In this document: piece by piece, positions 20,981-33,404 of the stretch
Numbering within the stretch: position 1 is the first letter of the stretch
How the letters are laid out: every line of letters begins with the position of its first letter
Origin: Nitrospirota bacterium
GTDB taxonomy: Bacteria; Nitrospirota; UBA9217
Assembly: GCA_963840455.1 (NCBI GenBank)
Contig: CAWIYV010000014.1
Span: 352,001-416,000 of the forward strand
Reading direction: 5' to 3'
Length of the DNA: 64,000 nucleotides
Made by a program: the position numbers and the translations under genes
Notes under the pieces: model-generated
Seen by the model: only the letters and a program-made list of their open reading frames with translations
What the model was told of the DNA's origin: nothing
Database searches by the model: none

Positions 20981-21122
20981 TAAATCCAGGAGCGAGCGCA
21001 TTCCCCGTAGCATGCTGCGGGGTTAGCGAGCGATTTTACTACCCTGAGGATCGAAGATTCCCTGCAGCTTGCTGCAGGGAGCTTCAATCCAGGAATGGGC
21101 GTAGTCCGCAGTTTGCTGCAGG
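20981..21122 (+). mobile_element. Family A ~110-bp double-hairpin element (one full unit plus a partial unit)
   Basis: AATCCAGGAGCGAGCG-CCCCGTAGCATGCTGCGGGG-TTAGCGAGCG...GAGGATCGAAGATTCCCTGCAGCTTGCTGCAGGGAGCTTCA; shared with five other loci. Confidence 0.85.
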
Positions 21123-21245
21123 AACTTCCCGGTATCAGGCCCTCCCACAAGTCATGAGCGGTCAGTGCGAACTGATCAAGATACTCCTTGAATAGGATAG
21201 GCCATTGTGTTAAATTTGACACAGTTTTTCCGGGGAGGGCCGGCA

Positions 21246-21800
21246 ATGAAAAAAGAACTTCTGCTGGCAGCTGCATCGTTCATTTTGTTCAGCACAGCGG
21301 CACCTGCTGATGAGAGGGCGTCATCCCGGGACTACCGCGCCGCGGAAAGGCTCTTCGCTGCCGAACAATATCAGGAAGCCCTTGTACTCTATAAAAAAAC
21401 GCTCTCTTCCCCGCCGGAGAACCTTTCCGCCGGCGTCATCAACAACAAGATCGGCGACACCTACTTCCGTCTCGCGGACTACCGGAACGCGCTCGACGCG
21501 TACCGCAAGGCGATCAGGGACCAGCGGCCAGCGGACCGTCCGCAGACGCAGTACTGGATCGGCTTCTGCTGCTACCTCGTCGGCCGCGATGCCGAGGCAG
21601 TGGACGAGTTCCTGAAGATTCCGGCCATGTATCCGGACGCCAAAGCGTGGGGTTCCACGGCGTACTACTGGGCCGGCAGGGCCAGCGAGCGCATGGGAAA
21701 AAAGGAACAGGCGGCAGAGTATTACCGGAAGGCAGGCGGCGGCAAATCCACGCAGGGGAAGTTCGCTCAGAAAAGGGCGGAGGCGGTAAAGGATAAATAG
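21246..21800 (+). CDS. Secreted tetratricopeptide repeat protein
   Basis: Signal peptide and TPR patterns (IGDTYFRLADYRNALDAYRKAI; AYYWAGRASE). Confidence 0.8.
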   Translation: MKKELLLAAASFILFSTAAPADERASSRDYRAAERLFAAEQYQEALVLYKKTLSSPPENLSAGVINNKIGDTYFRLADYRNALDAYRKAIRDQRPADRPQTQYWIGFCCYLVGRDAEAVDEFLKIPAMYPDAKAWGSTAYYWAGRASERMGKKEQAAEYYRKAGGGKSTQGKFAQKRAEAVKDK

Positions 21801-21866
21801 GGTCAAGGGGCAGGGGGCAAGGGTCAAGAAATGCGCATGAACGTGACCCATGACCCATATAAATCC

Positions 21867-23567
<1,701 letters not shown>

Positions 23568-23658
23568 CATTGCGGATCGCGAATTGTGGAATAGAAAAGC
23601 AGGCCAGACGGAGGCATGCATGACTGTCGACTGCCGGCTATCGACGAAGGACTGAACT

Positions 23659-23865
23659 ATGGGAAAGATCGTCATCAATGTAGAATATTGCAAGGGCTGC
23701 GAGCTCTGCACCACGGCCTGCGCCTTCAATCTGATCAAGCCCGGGAAGGGCTTCAATAAGAGCGGCTATTATGTGGTGGAGTTTCATGACCCCAAGGGGG
23801 CCTGCACCGGCTGCACACTGTGCGCAGAGATGTGCCCGGACGTGGCGATAGAGGTGTGGAAGTAG
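23659..23865 (+). CDS. 2x[4Fe-4S] ferredoxin, 2-oxoacid:ferredoxin oxidoreductase delta-like
   Basis: CKGCELCTTAC and CTGCTLCAEMCPD motifs; precedes a VorB-like gene. Confidence 0.88.
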   Translation: MGKIVINVEYCKGCELCTTACAFNLIKPGKGFNKSGYYVVEFHDPKGACTGCTLCAEMCPDVAIEVWK

Positions 23866-23954
23866 GGGACAGGAGACAGGAGACAGGAGGAATACCATCT
23901 TCCCTGCTTCTTTGAAGATATGTATCCCATCATGCGTCAGGAGAGTGTCAACAC

Positions 23955-25052
23955 GTGGCCAAGATCCTCATAACAGGTAATGAAGCGCTTGCCGAGGCAG
24001 CCATCCGCGCCGGCTGCAAGCGGTATTTCGGCTACCCCATCACGCCGCAGAACGAGGTCCCGGAGTATATGTCGCGCCGCATGCCGGAGATCGGCGGCAC
24101 GTTCATCCAGGCTGAGAGCGAGCTCGCGGCCATCAGTATGGTCTACGGCGCGGCCGCCGTGGGCGAGCGCGCCATGACATCATCGTCGAGCCCCGGCATC
24201 AGCCTCATGCAGGAGGCGCTTTCGTACATGGCTGCATGCGAGCTCCCTGCGGTGATCGTGAACGTTCAGCGCGGCGGACCCGGGCTCGGAAGCATCTCGG
24301 CATCGCAGGCGGACTATTTCCAGGCGGTGAAGGGCGGCGGCCACGGCGACTACAAGCTCCTCGTGTACGCGCCGGCCAACCTCCAGGAGGTCGTGGACCT
24401 CACGGTGAAGGCCTTCGACAAGGCCGATGAATACCGCACGCCGGTCATGATCCTGAGCGACGGCGTGATCGGCCAGATGATGGAACCCGTGGAGCTGCCG
24501 GAGTTCGCGCTGAAGCAGCCGGACAAGCCCTGGGCCCTTACGGGTGCAAAGAAGGGAAAGCCCCCCAAGGTCATCCGTTCGCTCTTCATGCTGCCGGGCG
24601 AGGAAGGCATGCTGGAGCAGCACAACTATGATCTCAAGGCGAAATACGACCGCATGGCCGAGCGTGAGGTAATGGCCGAGACCATGCAAATGGACGACGC
24701 TGAGCTCGCCGTCGTGGCGTTCGGGACCTCGGCGCGCATCGCGAAGAGCGCTTTAGCGATCGCGCGGGACGAGGGGATCAGGGTCGGGCTCATCCGGCCC
24801 ATCACGCTCTTCCCGTTCCCGGAGAAGGTCATCGCGAAGGCGGCGGAGAAGGTCGCTCATGTTCTCGTGGTGGAGATGAATCTCGGCCAGATGGTCGAGG
24901 ACGTTCGGCTCGCGGTGAACGGCAGGGTGCCGGTCTCGTTCTACGGCAGGCCGGGCGGCGCCATCCTTGGGGTGGATGACATCGTCCAAGCGATCCGGAG
25001 CAACGCCCAGTGCGGGGCACGGAACGAAGTGTGCTCTGCCCAGCAGCTCTGA
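23955..25052 (+). CDS. vorB: 2-oxoacid:ferredoxin oxidoreductase alpha-type subunit (VorB-like)
   Basis: [33 protein letters not shown] and RGGPGLG motifs. Confidence 0.85.
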   Translation: MAKILITGNEALAEAAIRAGCKRYFGYPITPQNEVPEYMSRRMPEIGGTFIQAESELAAISMVYGAAAVGERAMTSSSSPGISLMQEALSYMAACELPAVIVNVQRGGPGLGSISASQADYFQAVKGGGHGDYKLLVYAPANLQEVVDLTVKAFDKADEYRTPVMILSDGVIGQMMEPVELPEFALKQPDKPWALTGAKKGKPPKVIRSLFMLPGEEGMLEQHNYDLKAKYDRMAEREVMAETMQMDDAELAVVAFGTSARIAKSALAIARDEGIRVGLIRPITLFPFPEKVIAKAAEKVAHVLVVEMNLGQMVEDVRLAVNGRVPVSFYGRPGGAILGVDDIVQAIRSNAQCGARNEVCSAQQL

Positions 25053-25080
25053 GTATCGGGACGCCGGGCGCGAAGGAGGA

Positions 25081-26022
25081 ATGTTCGTGGCGAAGGATAA
25101 GAGCATTCTGGATATGATCGGCAACACGCCGATGATGAAGCTTTCCCGCATTGCGAAAGCGGACAATGCCGAGGTGTGGGTGAAGCTCGAGGGGTTCAAC
25201 CCGGGCGGCAGCGTAAAGGACCGCATTGCCCTCTCCATGATCGAGGAGGCGGAGCAGCGGGGAAGGCTGAAGAAGGGCATGAAGATCGTGGAGCCCACGA
25301 GCGGCAACACCGGCATCGGGCTCGCAATGGTTGCGGCGGTGAAGGGCTATCCCATTGTGCTGACCATGCCCGAGTCCATGAGCATGGAACGCCGCCAGCT
25401 CCTGCAGGCCTATGGCGCCGAACTGGTCCTGACCCCGGCTGCCAAGGGCATGCGGGGCGCTGTGGAAAAGGCCGGCGAGATCGCGGCGTCTGGTAAAGAA
25501 TATTTCATGCCGCAGCAGTTCGAGAATCCCGCGAACGCGATGGTCCACCGTCAGACCACGGCACGTGAGATCCTCGACTTCATGGGCGGGAAGCGCATTG
25601 ACGCCTTTGTCGCCGGCGTCGGCACCGGCGGAACGATCACGGGCGTGGGCGAGGTGCTCCGGAAGAAGGTCAAGGGCGTCAGGATCTATGCTGTCGAACC
25701 GGCTGCGTCGCCGGTCCTCTCGGGCGGACAGGCCGGCCCCCATCCCATCCAGGGCATCGGCGCAGGCTTTGTGCCGAAGGTCCTGAACACCAAGGTCTAT
25801 GATGAGATCATCCAGGTGACGGCCGACGACGCGAAGGGAACGGCGAAGCGGTTGGCCATGGAAGAGGGGCTCCTCGTAGGCATTTCCTCCGGAGCCGCGT
25901 GCTGGGCTGCGCTCCAGGTCGCGGTGAAGCTCGGCAAGGGCAAGCGGGTCGTCACCGTGTTCCCCGACGGCGGTGAGCGGTACCTGTCGATGGGGGTGTT
26001 CGGCAATCCAGAAGCGAAATGA
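25081..26022 (+). CDS. cysK: Cysteine synthase A
   Basis: [22 protein letters not shown] and GVGTGGT motifs. ATG 25081 after GGAGG. Confidence 0.95.
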   Translation: MFVAKDKSILDMIGNTPMMKLSRIAKADNAEVWVKLEGFNPGGSVKDRIALSMIEEAEQRGRLKKGMKIVEPTSGNTGIGLAMVAAVKGYPIVLTMPESMSMERRQLLQAYGAELVLTPAAKGMRGAVEKAGEIAASGKEYFMPQQFENPANAMVHRQTTAREILDFMGGKRIDAFVAGVGTGGTITGVGEVLRKKVKGVRIYAVEPAASPVLSGGQAGPHPIQGIGAGFVPKVLNTKVYDEIIQVTADDAKGTAKRLAMEEGLLVGISSGAACWAALQVAVKLGKGKRVVTVFPDGGERYLSMGVFGNPEAK

Positions 26023-26140
26023 TTTCACTGCTGAGATCGCAGCCAAAAGGAGGCGCTTCTCAGCGAGAGCGCAGAGGTTTGAATTTTGGTTGCTGCTTCT
26101 TTACTTCTTGTCCGCGTGCTCCGCGTCCTCTGCGGTAAAA
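26023..26140. repeat. Family B 9-mer inverted-repeat element carrying the 24-bp micro-insert
   Basis: ACTGCTGAG ATCGCAG[..]AGCGCAGAG ... CTCCGCGTCCTCTGCGGT. Confidence 0.75.
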
Positions 26141-26159
26141 TATTTTCTCCGGAAGTAAA

Positions 26160-27284
26160 ATGAACCGCATCTACCTCGACTATAACGCCAGTACCCCCAT
26201 CGCGCCTCAAGTTCTTGAGGCGATGATGCCCTACCTTACGACGAAGTTCGGTAATCCTTCTTCCTCTCACCGCTTCGGCGTGGAATCCCGGGCAGCTATC
26301 GAGCAGGCGCGGGAGCGACTTGCGAAGCTTCTGGACTGCGAAGCATCAGAGATCATCTTTACAAGCGGCGCCACTGAGTCGAATAACATGGTGATCAAGG
26401 GGCTTGCCAAGGCTTCGGGCAAAGGCAAACATTTCATCACGTCGCAGATCGAACACCCGGCTGTGCTGGAGCCCTGCCGGCACGTCGAGCGCTTTGGCTA
26501 CACGGTCACCTATCTTCCTGTCGACCAATACGGCCTGATCGATCCGGCTGACCTAGAGAAGGCGATCACACCGGACACAGCGCTCATCACCATCATGCAT
26601 TCGAACAACGAGGTCGGCACCATCCAGGACATCAGGGCGCTCGCGAAGATCGCGGCTTCCCGCAATGTGCCGCTCCACACCGACGCAGCGCAGAGTTGCG
26701 GCAAGGTCCCGTGCAGGGTGGATGAGCTTGGCATTGACTTCCTGACCGTGGCAGGCCATAAGTTCTACGCGCCGAAGGGCGTGGGTGCACTCTATATAAG
26801 GAAGGGGACAAAACTTCCGCCGATGCTGCACGGAGCAGGCCATGAACGCGGCATGCGGCCAGGCACCGAGAATCTCGCGAGCGTCGTCGGGCTCGGCGCT
26901 GCCTGCGAGCTTGCGATGCCGCTCCTCTCGACGGAAGGGCCGCGCCAGAAGAAGCTGGGCAAGCGATTGCTCGATGGACTGAAGAATGCCGGCCTCAAGG
27001 TCCACCTGAACGGACATCCCGAGCAGAAGCTTCCGAATACCGGGAACATCAGTTTCGAGGGCTATGACGCGGCGACGGTGATGGAAGCGCTCGGGAAGGA
27101 CATCGCGGTCTCTCCCGGCGCCGCGTGCCATGGCGATACGGTGAATGCTTCCCATGTTCTCGTCGCCATGGGCGTAGACCCAAAACTCAGCCGGGGCGCT
27201 GTCAGATTTAGCCTGGGCAGGGAAACGATGGAAAAAGATATCGATGAAGTCGTCGAGATCTTGAAAAGAAAGCTGAAAAAATAG
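26160..27284 (+). CDS. iscS: Cysteine desulfurase (IscS/NifS family)
   Basis: YLDYNASTP, FTSGATE, HTDAAQ, GHKFYAPKG and SPGAACH motifs. Confidence 0.88.
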   Translation: MNRIYLDYNASTPIAPQVLEAMMPYLTTKFGNPSSSHRFGVESRAAIEQARERLAKLLDCEASEIIFTSGATESNNMVIKGLAKASGKGKHFITSQIEHPAVLEPCRHVERFGYTVTYLPVDQYGLIDPADLEKAITPDTALITIMHSNNEVGTIQDIRALAKIAASRNVPLHTDAAQSCGKVPCRVDELGIDFLTVAGHKFYAPKGVGALYIRKGTKLPPMLHGAGHERGMRPGTENLASVVGLGAACELAMPLLSTEGPRQKKLGKRLLDGLKNAGLKVHLNGHPEQKLPNTGNISFEGYDAATVMEALGKDIAVSPGAACHGDTVNASHVLVAMGVDPKLSRGAVRFSLGRETMEKDIDEVVEILKRKLKK

Positions 27285-27377
27285 CGCTTATCTCGCAGAA
27301 ACGCAGATCTCCCGAAGACGGAGATAGATCGTCGCCGGCCGACTGTTAGTCAGATCGATTCAACTAGTGTTTGTCTT

Positions 27378-27920
27378 ATGGATTGCATGATGAGAACCAT
27401 AGGTCAACTGTTTATTCTATTTTCCATGCTTCTCGAAACTGGTGCCCATGCAGCCGACAGGCTCGACAACCTTCTTATTCAAGGGGAAAACTTTAGTATA
27501 TCGGTTAAAGAACCGATGGGGTGGAAAGGTGACTCGAGCACTTCGGCAGACCGCGGAAATCTTGTGTTTCATCGAATAAATGAAAATCTTCAGAATGCCA
27601 AAGCGGTGATTCGGGTTCTTGTCGCGAATAAAACAGATGAGAATACCATCGAAGATCTGAAGTACGACATGGAAAGCTATCGAAAGCAATATCCAAAAGT
27701 TCAATTTAAAGACATTTCTGTCAAACATCCTGCGTATAGTATATATCCAAAGTTATTTTATGTTGATGCTAATTTCTATGAGTATGTTACCTATCTCAAC
27801 CCCGGCAAAAATTATCCTTACATCATATGTGTTTCCATGAATCTGAAAAAAAATGAGGCGAGCAAAGAGGATATCGAAGCGTATTCCTCTGTAATAGAAT
27901 CCTTAAAGGCGTTGAAATAG
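27378..27920 (+). CDS. Low-GC hypothetical secreted protein (cassette-like)
   Basis: AT-rich 180-aa ORF with a signal peptide (AHA); sharply different composition from its neighbours. Confidence 0.7.
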   Translation: MDCMMRTIGQLFILFSMLLETGAHAADRLDNLLIQGENFSISVKEPMGWKGDSSTSADRGNLVFHRINENLQNAKAVIRVLVANKTDENTIEDLKYDMESYRKQYPKVQFKDISVKHPAYSIYPKLFYVDANFYEYVTYLNPGKNYPYIICVSMNLKKNEASKEDIEAYSSVIESLKALK

Positions 27921-28002
27921 AGAGTGCCCATCACTCAAAAGGGTCGCTGAAAGCCGCACCATCGAGCGAAGAGTTGTCTAACGCAAAGCGCAGAACAACC
28001 CT

Positions 28003-29376
<1,374 letters not shown>

Positions 29377-29466
29377 AGACATTGCGGATTGCGGAATAGC
29401 CGAAACAGAAACAAAAAACCTCCTCTTCTAACGCCCTTATACGGACAAACCGGAACCAAAACCGTG

Positions 29467-29574
29467 GAACCGCCAAGGCGCAAAGGTCGCGAAGAAAATC
29501 TTGAAGATTTTATATTAAAGCAAAATCCCTTTTGTTTGTGACGTCCTTCGCGTGCTTCGCGCCTTCGTGGTAAA
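29467..29574. repeat. Family B 108-bp inverted-repeat element, copy of 40938-41045
   Basis: GAACCGCCAAGGCGCAAAGG...CTTCGCGCCTTCGTGGTAAA; ungapped alignment to 40938-41045. Confidence 0.85.
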
Positions 29575-29643
29575 TGTTTTTCCCGTTGTGCATAGGATGT
29601 AATTCTTTATTTACGAACGCCTGTCGCCTGACGATAGTTTCTC

Positions 29644-30483
29644 ATGATCGAACTTCTCAACCTCTCCAAGAACTTCGGTAGCCTCGCTGCGGTGAGATCC
29701 GTCTCATTCTCCGTCGGCAAGGGCGAGGTCTTCGGCCTGCTCGGCCCGAACGGCGCGGGCAAGACCACGACCATCCGCATGCTGACGACGCTCACTCAGC
29801 CGTCATCGGGCACTGCGCTGGTCGGGGGGCATGACATCCTTGCTGACCCCATCGCCGTCAAGCGGTCCATCGGCGTCATCCCCCAGCTCTTGAACCTCGA
29901 CATCGACCTGACGCTCGCCGAGAACCTCGAGTACCACGGCCGGCTGCACCGCATGGAGCGGCTGGACCGCGCCAGCCGCACGGACGAGCTGCTCAAGTTC
30001 GTCGGGCTCTGGGAAAAGCGGGACACGCCGGTGGAGCACCTCTCGGGCGGCATGCGGCGGAGGCTGCTGATCGCCCGCGGGCTCATGCACCGGCCGCAGG
30101 TCGTGTTCATGGACGAACCCACGGTGGGGCTCGACCCCCAGGCGAGGCACCTCATCTGGGAGCTGATCGAAGACCTGAAGCAGAGCGGCATCACCATCCT
30201 GCTCACGACGCACTACATCGAGGAGGCCGACCGGCTCTGCGACCGCGTGGCCATCATGCAGCAGGGCAAGGTCGTGACCCTCGGCGCGCCGGCGGACCTG
30301 AAGGCGCTCGTGGGACGCTACGTGGCGGAATGCCATGGACGCCACGACCTGCGGCGGCAATTCCGGTGGACGCGGGACGAGGCGCTCGACGCGGGCAAGG
30401 GGATGGGCTGCAATGTGACGGTCCGCGACGTGACGCTCGAGGATGTGTTCATCGAGTTGACGGGGGAGAGGATAGATACGTAA
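29644..30483 (+). CDS. ABC transporter ATP-binding protein (DrrA/NodI-like)
   Basis: GPNGAGKT, LSGGM, DEPTVGLD and TTHY motifs. Confidence 0.93.
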   Translation: MIELLNLSKNFGSLAAVRSVSFSVGKGEVFGLLGPNGAGKTTTIRMLTTLTQPSSGTALVGGHDILADPIAVKRSIGVIPQLLNLDIDLTLAENLEYHGRLHRMERLDRASRTDELLKFVGLWEKRDTPVEHLSGGMRRRLLIARGLMHRPQVVFMDEPTVGLDPQARHLIWELIEDLKQSGITILLTTHYIEEADRLCDRVAIMQQGKVVTLGAPADLKALVGRYVAECHGRHDLRRQFRWTRDEALDAGKGMGCNVTVRDVTLEDVFIELTGERIDT

Positions 30484-30536
30484 CGCAATTGCGGATTCGG
30501 ATCGCGGACTCCTGAAAGGCGTTATGCAGGACCCTT

Positions 30537-30631
30537 GAACCGCCAAGACGCAAAGAGCGCAAAGAACTGATTTATAATACCTTCAGCAAAAGATCTAGAC
30601 TTTCTTCGCGCCCTTCGCGTCTTCGCGGTGA
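30537..30631. repeat. Family B 9-mer inverted-repeat element
   Basis: AACCGCCAAGACGCAAAGAGCGCAAAG ... CTTCGCGCCCTTCGCGTCTTCGCGGT. Confidence 0.8.
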
Positions 30632-30729
30632 GGTGATTTGATCTTGATTTTATCGTGTTCATCCGTGGTTATTAATAGTCTGAGTTCTGCCTCTATCTTT
30701 GTTCATCGGTGGTTGCATAGGGTCATGCT

Positions 30730-31461
30730 ATGAATTTTTATCCTATCTTCTGGAAAGACATGCTGCTCATAACCAAGAAGCCCGGGAAATTCCTCGCGGC
30801 CAGCATGGTCACCCCGCTCCTCTATCTCGTCACCTTCGGCTGGGGGCTGGGCAGGGGCATGAGCATCGGCGGCGGGACCTACCTCGACTTTGTGCTGCCC
30901 GGTCTCCTGGCACTCTCGGCCATGAACAACAGCTTCGGCCCGGTCTCAACCTCGGTGAACGTGAGCAAGCTCTACACCAAGACCATCGAGGAGGTGCTGG
31001 TCTCCCCCGTGGGTCCCTGGTCCATTGCCCTCGGCAGGGCGCTCACGGGCACGGTGCGCGGGTTGTTCTCGGCATCGCTCCTGCTTATTGTCGGACTGGT
31101 CTCCGGGGTCCATGTGGACCTGTCGCCCTTCTTCTTTCTCGTGCTTGCGCTCACGGCCTTCTGCTTCTCCTCGGCCGCTGTCGCCGCCGCCATGGTCGCG
31201 AAATCGCACGAGGACATGTCGAACTTCAACAGCTTCGTCATCATCCCCATGTCCTTCCTCTCCGGGACCTTCTTCTCGCCCGACAAACTTCCGGAGCCCT
31301 TTCATAGTATGGTCCTGGTCTATCCCTTGACCCACGCGAGCCTCGTCCTCCGCACGCTTTCCACCGGCAGGGTGCCCGAAGCCGGATCGATCCTCATCCT
31401 CGCGGCCTACTCCGCGCTCTTCTTTTATCTCGCCGGCAGGACGGTGAAGCGGGTGGTATGA
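30730..31461 (+). CDS. ABC-2 type permease
   Basis: YLDFVLPG, PMSFLSGTFF and PLTH motifs; six TM segments. Confidence 0.9.
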   Translation: MNFYPIFWKDMLLITKKPGKFLAASMVTPLLYLVTFGWGLGRGMSIGGGTYLDFVLPGLLALSAMNNSFGPVSTSVNVSKLYTKTIEEVLVSPVGPWSIALGRALTGTVRGLFSASLLLIVGLVSGVHVDLSPFFFLVLALTAFCFSSAAVAAAMVAKSHEDMSNFNSFVIIPMSFLSGTFFSPDKLPEPFHSMVLVYPLTHASLVLRTLSTGRVPEAGSILILAAYSALFFYLAGRTVKRVV

Positions 31462-31621
31462 TCCTAACATGCTTCTTGAAACGCGATCCGGAATGAAGGA
31501 ACCGGATGACTGGAGAAGAAGCTCTGGTTCGTAGCGTATCGCATGAGCACAAACACGTCCCTGAAAAAGTGTATATAGGTAAATGCATTATTATTGATTT
31601 GTCATTGGCGGAAGGATAGAC

Positions 31622-32596
31622 ATGAGGACCAGTAAACCCCACGGGCTGAGAAATGCAGTCTTGGTTGCGTTGTTCCTTCTCAGCAGCGGGACACTTGCAA
31701 ACAGGTACTTGAATGATAGCGGATCACGCGACAAGAATCGTGTTATCGATAGGCCTGGCTCTTATGGGGTTAGCCGGCGGATTGTTGAGACTCCCGTCTT
31801 CTCGTTTTTGCCCAGATGGCCTCTCAAGAGAGGGGCCGTGTCAATCTCGCGGGAACGCAACGCCAGTGTATTGAAGAACGTGTTTGAGGTGTTCGATCCA
31901 TCACTGAGATCTTTTCTGACATCGGTGCCGATAATTTTGGATTCCTCGGCAAATACCGCGAAGGCCTATCCTGCAAAAGGCTACATTGGGGTCAGTCCAG
32001 ACTGGGACAATACCGTGCTTCAATCAGAGTATAGGGCGATTTATGAACAAAGGGGAATGAAGCCGGAGGATCCTGTATTCATGCTTCGCTTCAAGACGGA
32101 TTTGTTGATACACGAATTCCTGCACATACTCCAGGTCCACCAGGGAATTGATAGTCGTTTGTGTTACGAAGCGGTTGCGCGATGGTATAGAGATCCGCGG
32201 TATGGCATGCCGTCTCCGAGTGGCGTAGTCTACGCTGACACGACGAAAGACAGAAGACTTGATGCACTCGCGATGAATAGGATGAAATATATTGTATGGC
32301 ATGAGTTGTACAATTATCGAAAGTTAAGCGATGTGCCTCAGGACGAGAGTTGGAAGAATATGCATTATGGGGAAAGGTACCGGTTGGCGGAAAAGGGAGT
32401 GGAGGAGTTCGCCTACATCGGGCAAGAAATACTCTCCAGCGGAAGCAGTTCTGAGAACTACGTTAAGACAGGTCAGTGGTGCGATAAGGACTGGAAGAAT
32501 AAGAAGATGAGGTTGTTGGAGGTCTCCCCAGAAGTTATTGCAGTTTTCAGGGGCGTGTTCAATCCTGAATTGACGCGCCAGCAAATGCCGAACTAG
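31622..32596 (+). CDS. Lower-GC hypothetical exported protein with HExxH (HEFLH), putative zinc metallopeptidase
   Basis: 324-aa ORF with an N-terminal hydrophobic segment, LLIHEFLH and downstream EEFA. Confidence 0.65.
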   Translation: MRTSKPHGLRNAVLVALFLLSSGTLANRYLNDSGSRDKNRVIDRPGSYGVSRRIVETPVFSFLPRWPLKRGAVSISRERNASVLKNVFEVFDPSLRSFLTSVPIILDSSANTAKAYPAKGYIGVSPDWDNTVLQSEYRAIYEQRGMKPEDPVFMLRFKTDLLIHEFLHILQVHQGIDSRLCYEAVARWYRDPRYGMPSPSGVVYADTTKDRRLDALAMNRMKYIVWHELYNYRKLSDVPQDESWKNMHYGERYRLAEKGVEEFAYIGQEILSSGSSSENYVKTGQWCDKDWKNKKMRLLEVSPEVIAVFRGVFNPELTRQQMPN

Positions 32597-32657
32597 GCGT
32601 TCGAGCGGACAGCGGCAGCGGTCACCTACATGCCGCCGCTCAATGCCGGTGTTCACC
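32587..32657 (+). mobile_element. attC-like integron cassette recombination site
   Basis: GCCGAAC...GGCGTT-C-GAGCGG pairs with CCGCTC-AATGCC (one extrahelical C). Inner GCGGCA/TGCCGC stem; ends in GTT; overlaps the stop of the upstream ORF. Confidence 0.65.
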
Positions 32658-32700
32658 GAGAGCTGCACCTGTCTTCATAATCCTGTAGTTCGGTCCCCCT

Positions 32701-33243
32701 ATGGCCTCTGCATTCACTCATGGATTCGTCGCTCTTGCCGCCGGGAAGCTGGTCGTCCCGGAGCGGATGCCTATGCGTTTCTGGGTCCTGTTGATCGTCT
32801 GCACGGTCCTGCCGGACGTTGACGTGGTCGGCTTCTTTCTCGGGGTGCGTTACAGCACCGCTCTGGGCCACCGCGGTTTTTCGCATTCCCTCCTGTTCGC
32901 CCTTCTCGTTGCTGCTCTGGTCACGGCCGCCGCGTTCCCTGCTGTCAGGCGGCTCTCGAAGCAGTGGTGGCTGCTGATCGCCTGCTTTTTCGTGTCGACG
33001 GCCTCCCACGGTGTTCTCGACGCCATGACCGACGGGGGGTGCGGCGTCGCGTTCTTCAGCCCCTTCAGCAACGTCCGCTACTTCCTTCCCTGGCGTCCGC
33101 TCGAGGTCGCGCCCATCGGTGTGCGCGGCTTTTTCAGCCGGTGGGGGTGGGATGTTCTCATGAGCGAACTGCTCTGGATCTGGGTGCCGGTGACGCTGCT
33201 TCTGGTCGTCGTATCCCTTGCCCGGAGACAGCGTTCGAGTTGA
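32701..33243 (+). CDS. YdjM-like inner-membrane metal-dependent hydrolase
   Basis: TH, LPDVD, HRGFSHS and SHGVLDAMTDGG motifs. Confidence 0.9.
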   Translation: MASAFTHGFVALAAGKLVVPERMPMRFWVLLIVCTVLPDVDVVGFFLGVRYSTALGHRGFSHSLLFALLVAALVTAAAFPAVRRLSKQWWLLIACFFVSTASHGVLDAMTDGGCGVAFFSPFSNVRYFLPWRPLEVAPIGVRGFFSRWGWDVLMSELLWIWVPVTLLLVVVSLARRQRSS

Positions 33244-33318
33244 CCGCATCGTGCATCCATCGTCCTCGATTTTACCGCTCAGTATCCGCGAGAAGGCCCG
33301 TCAATGCCCTGATTCCGA

Positions 33319-33347
33319 TTGACTTTTCCCGCTTCAGGGGCTAATAT
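33319..33347 (+). promoter_or_regulatory. Sigma-70-type promoter
   Basis: TTGACT-17-TAATAT upstream of the GH57 gene. Confidence 0.5.
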
Positions 33348-33404
33348 TCCAGTCTGTATCTCCAGAACCGAAACGCAGGGAAAATCAGAGGATTTACCGC
33401 ATCA

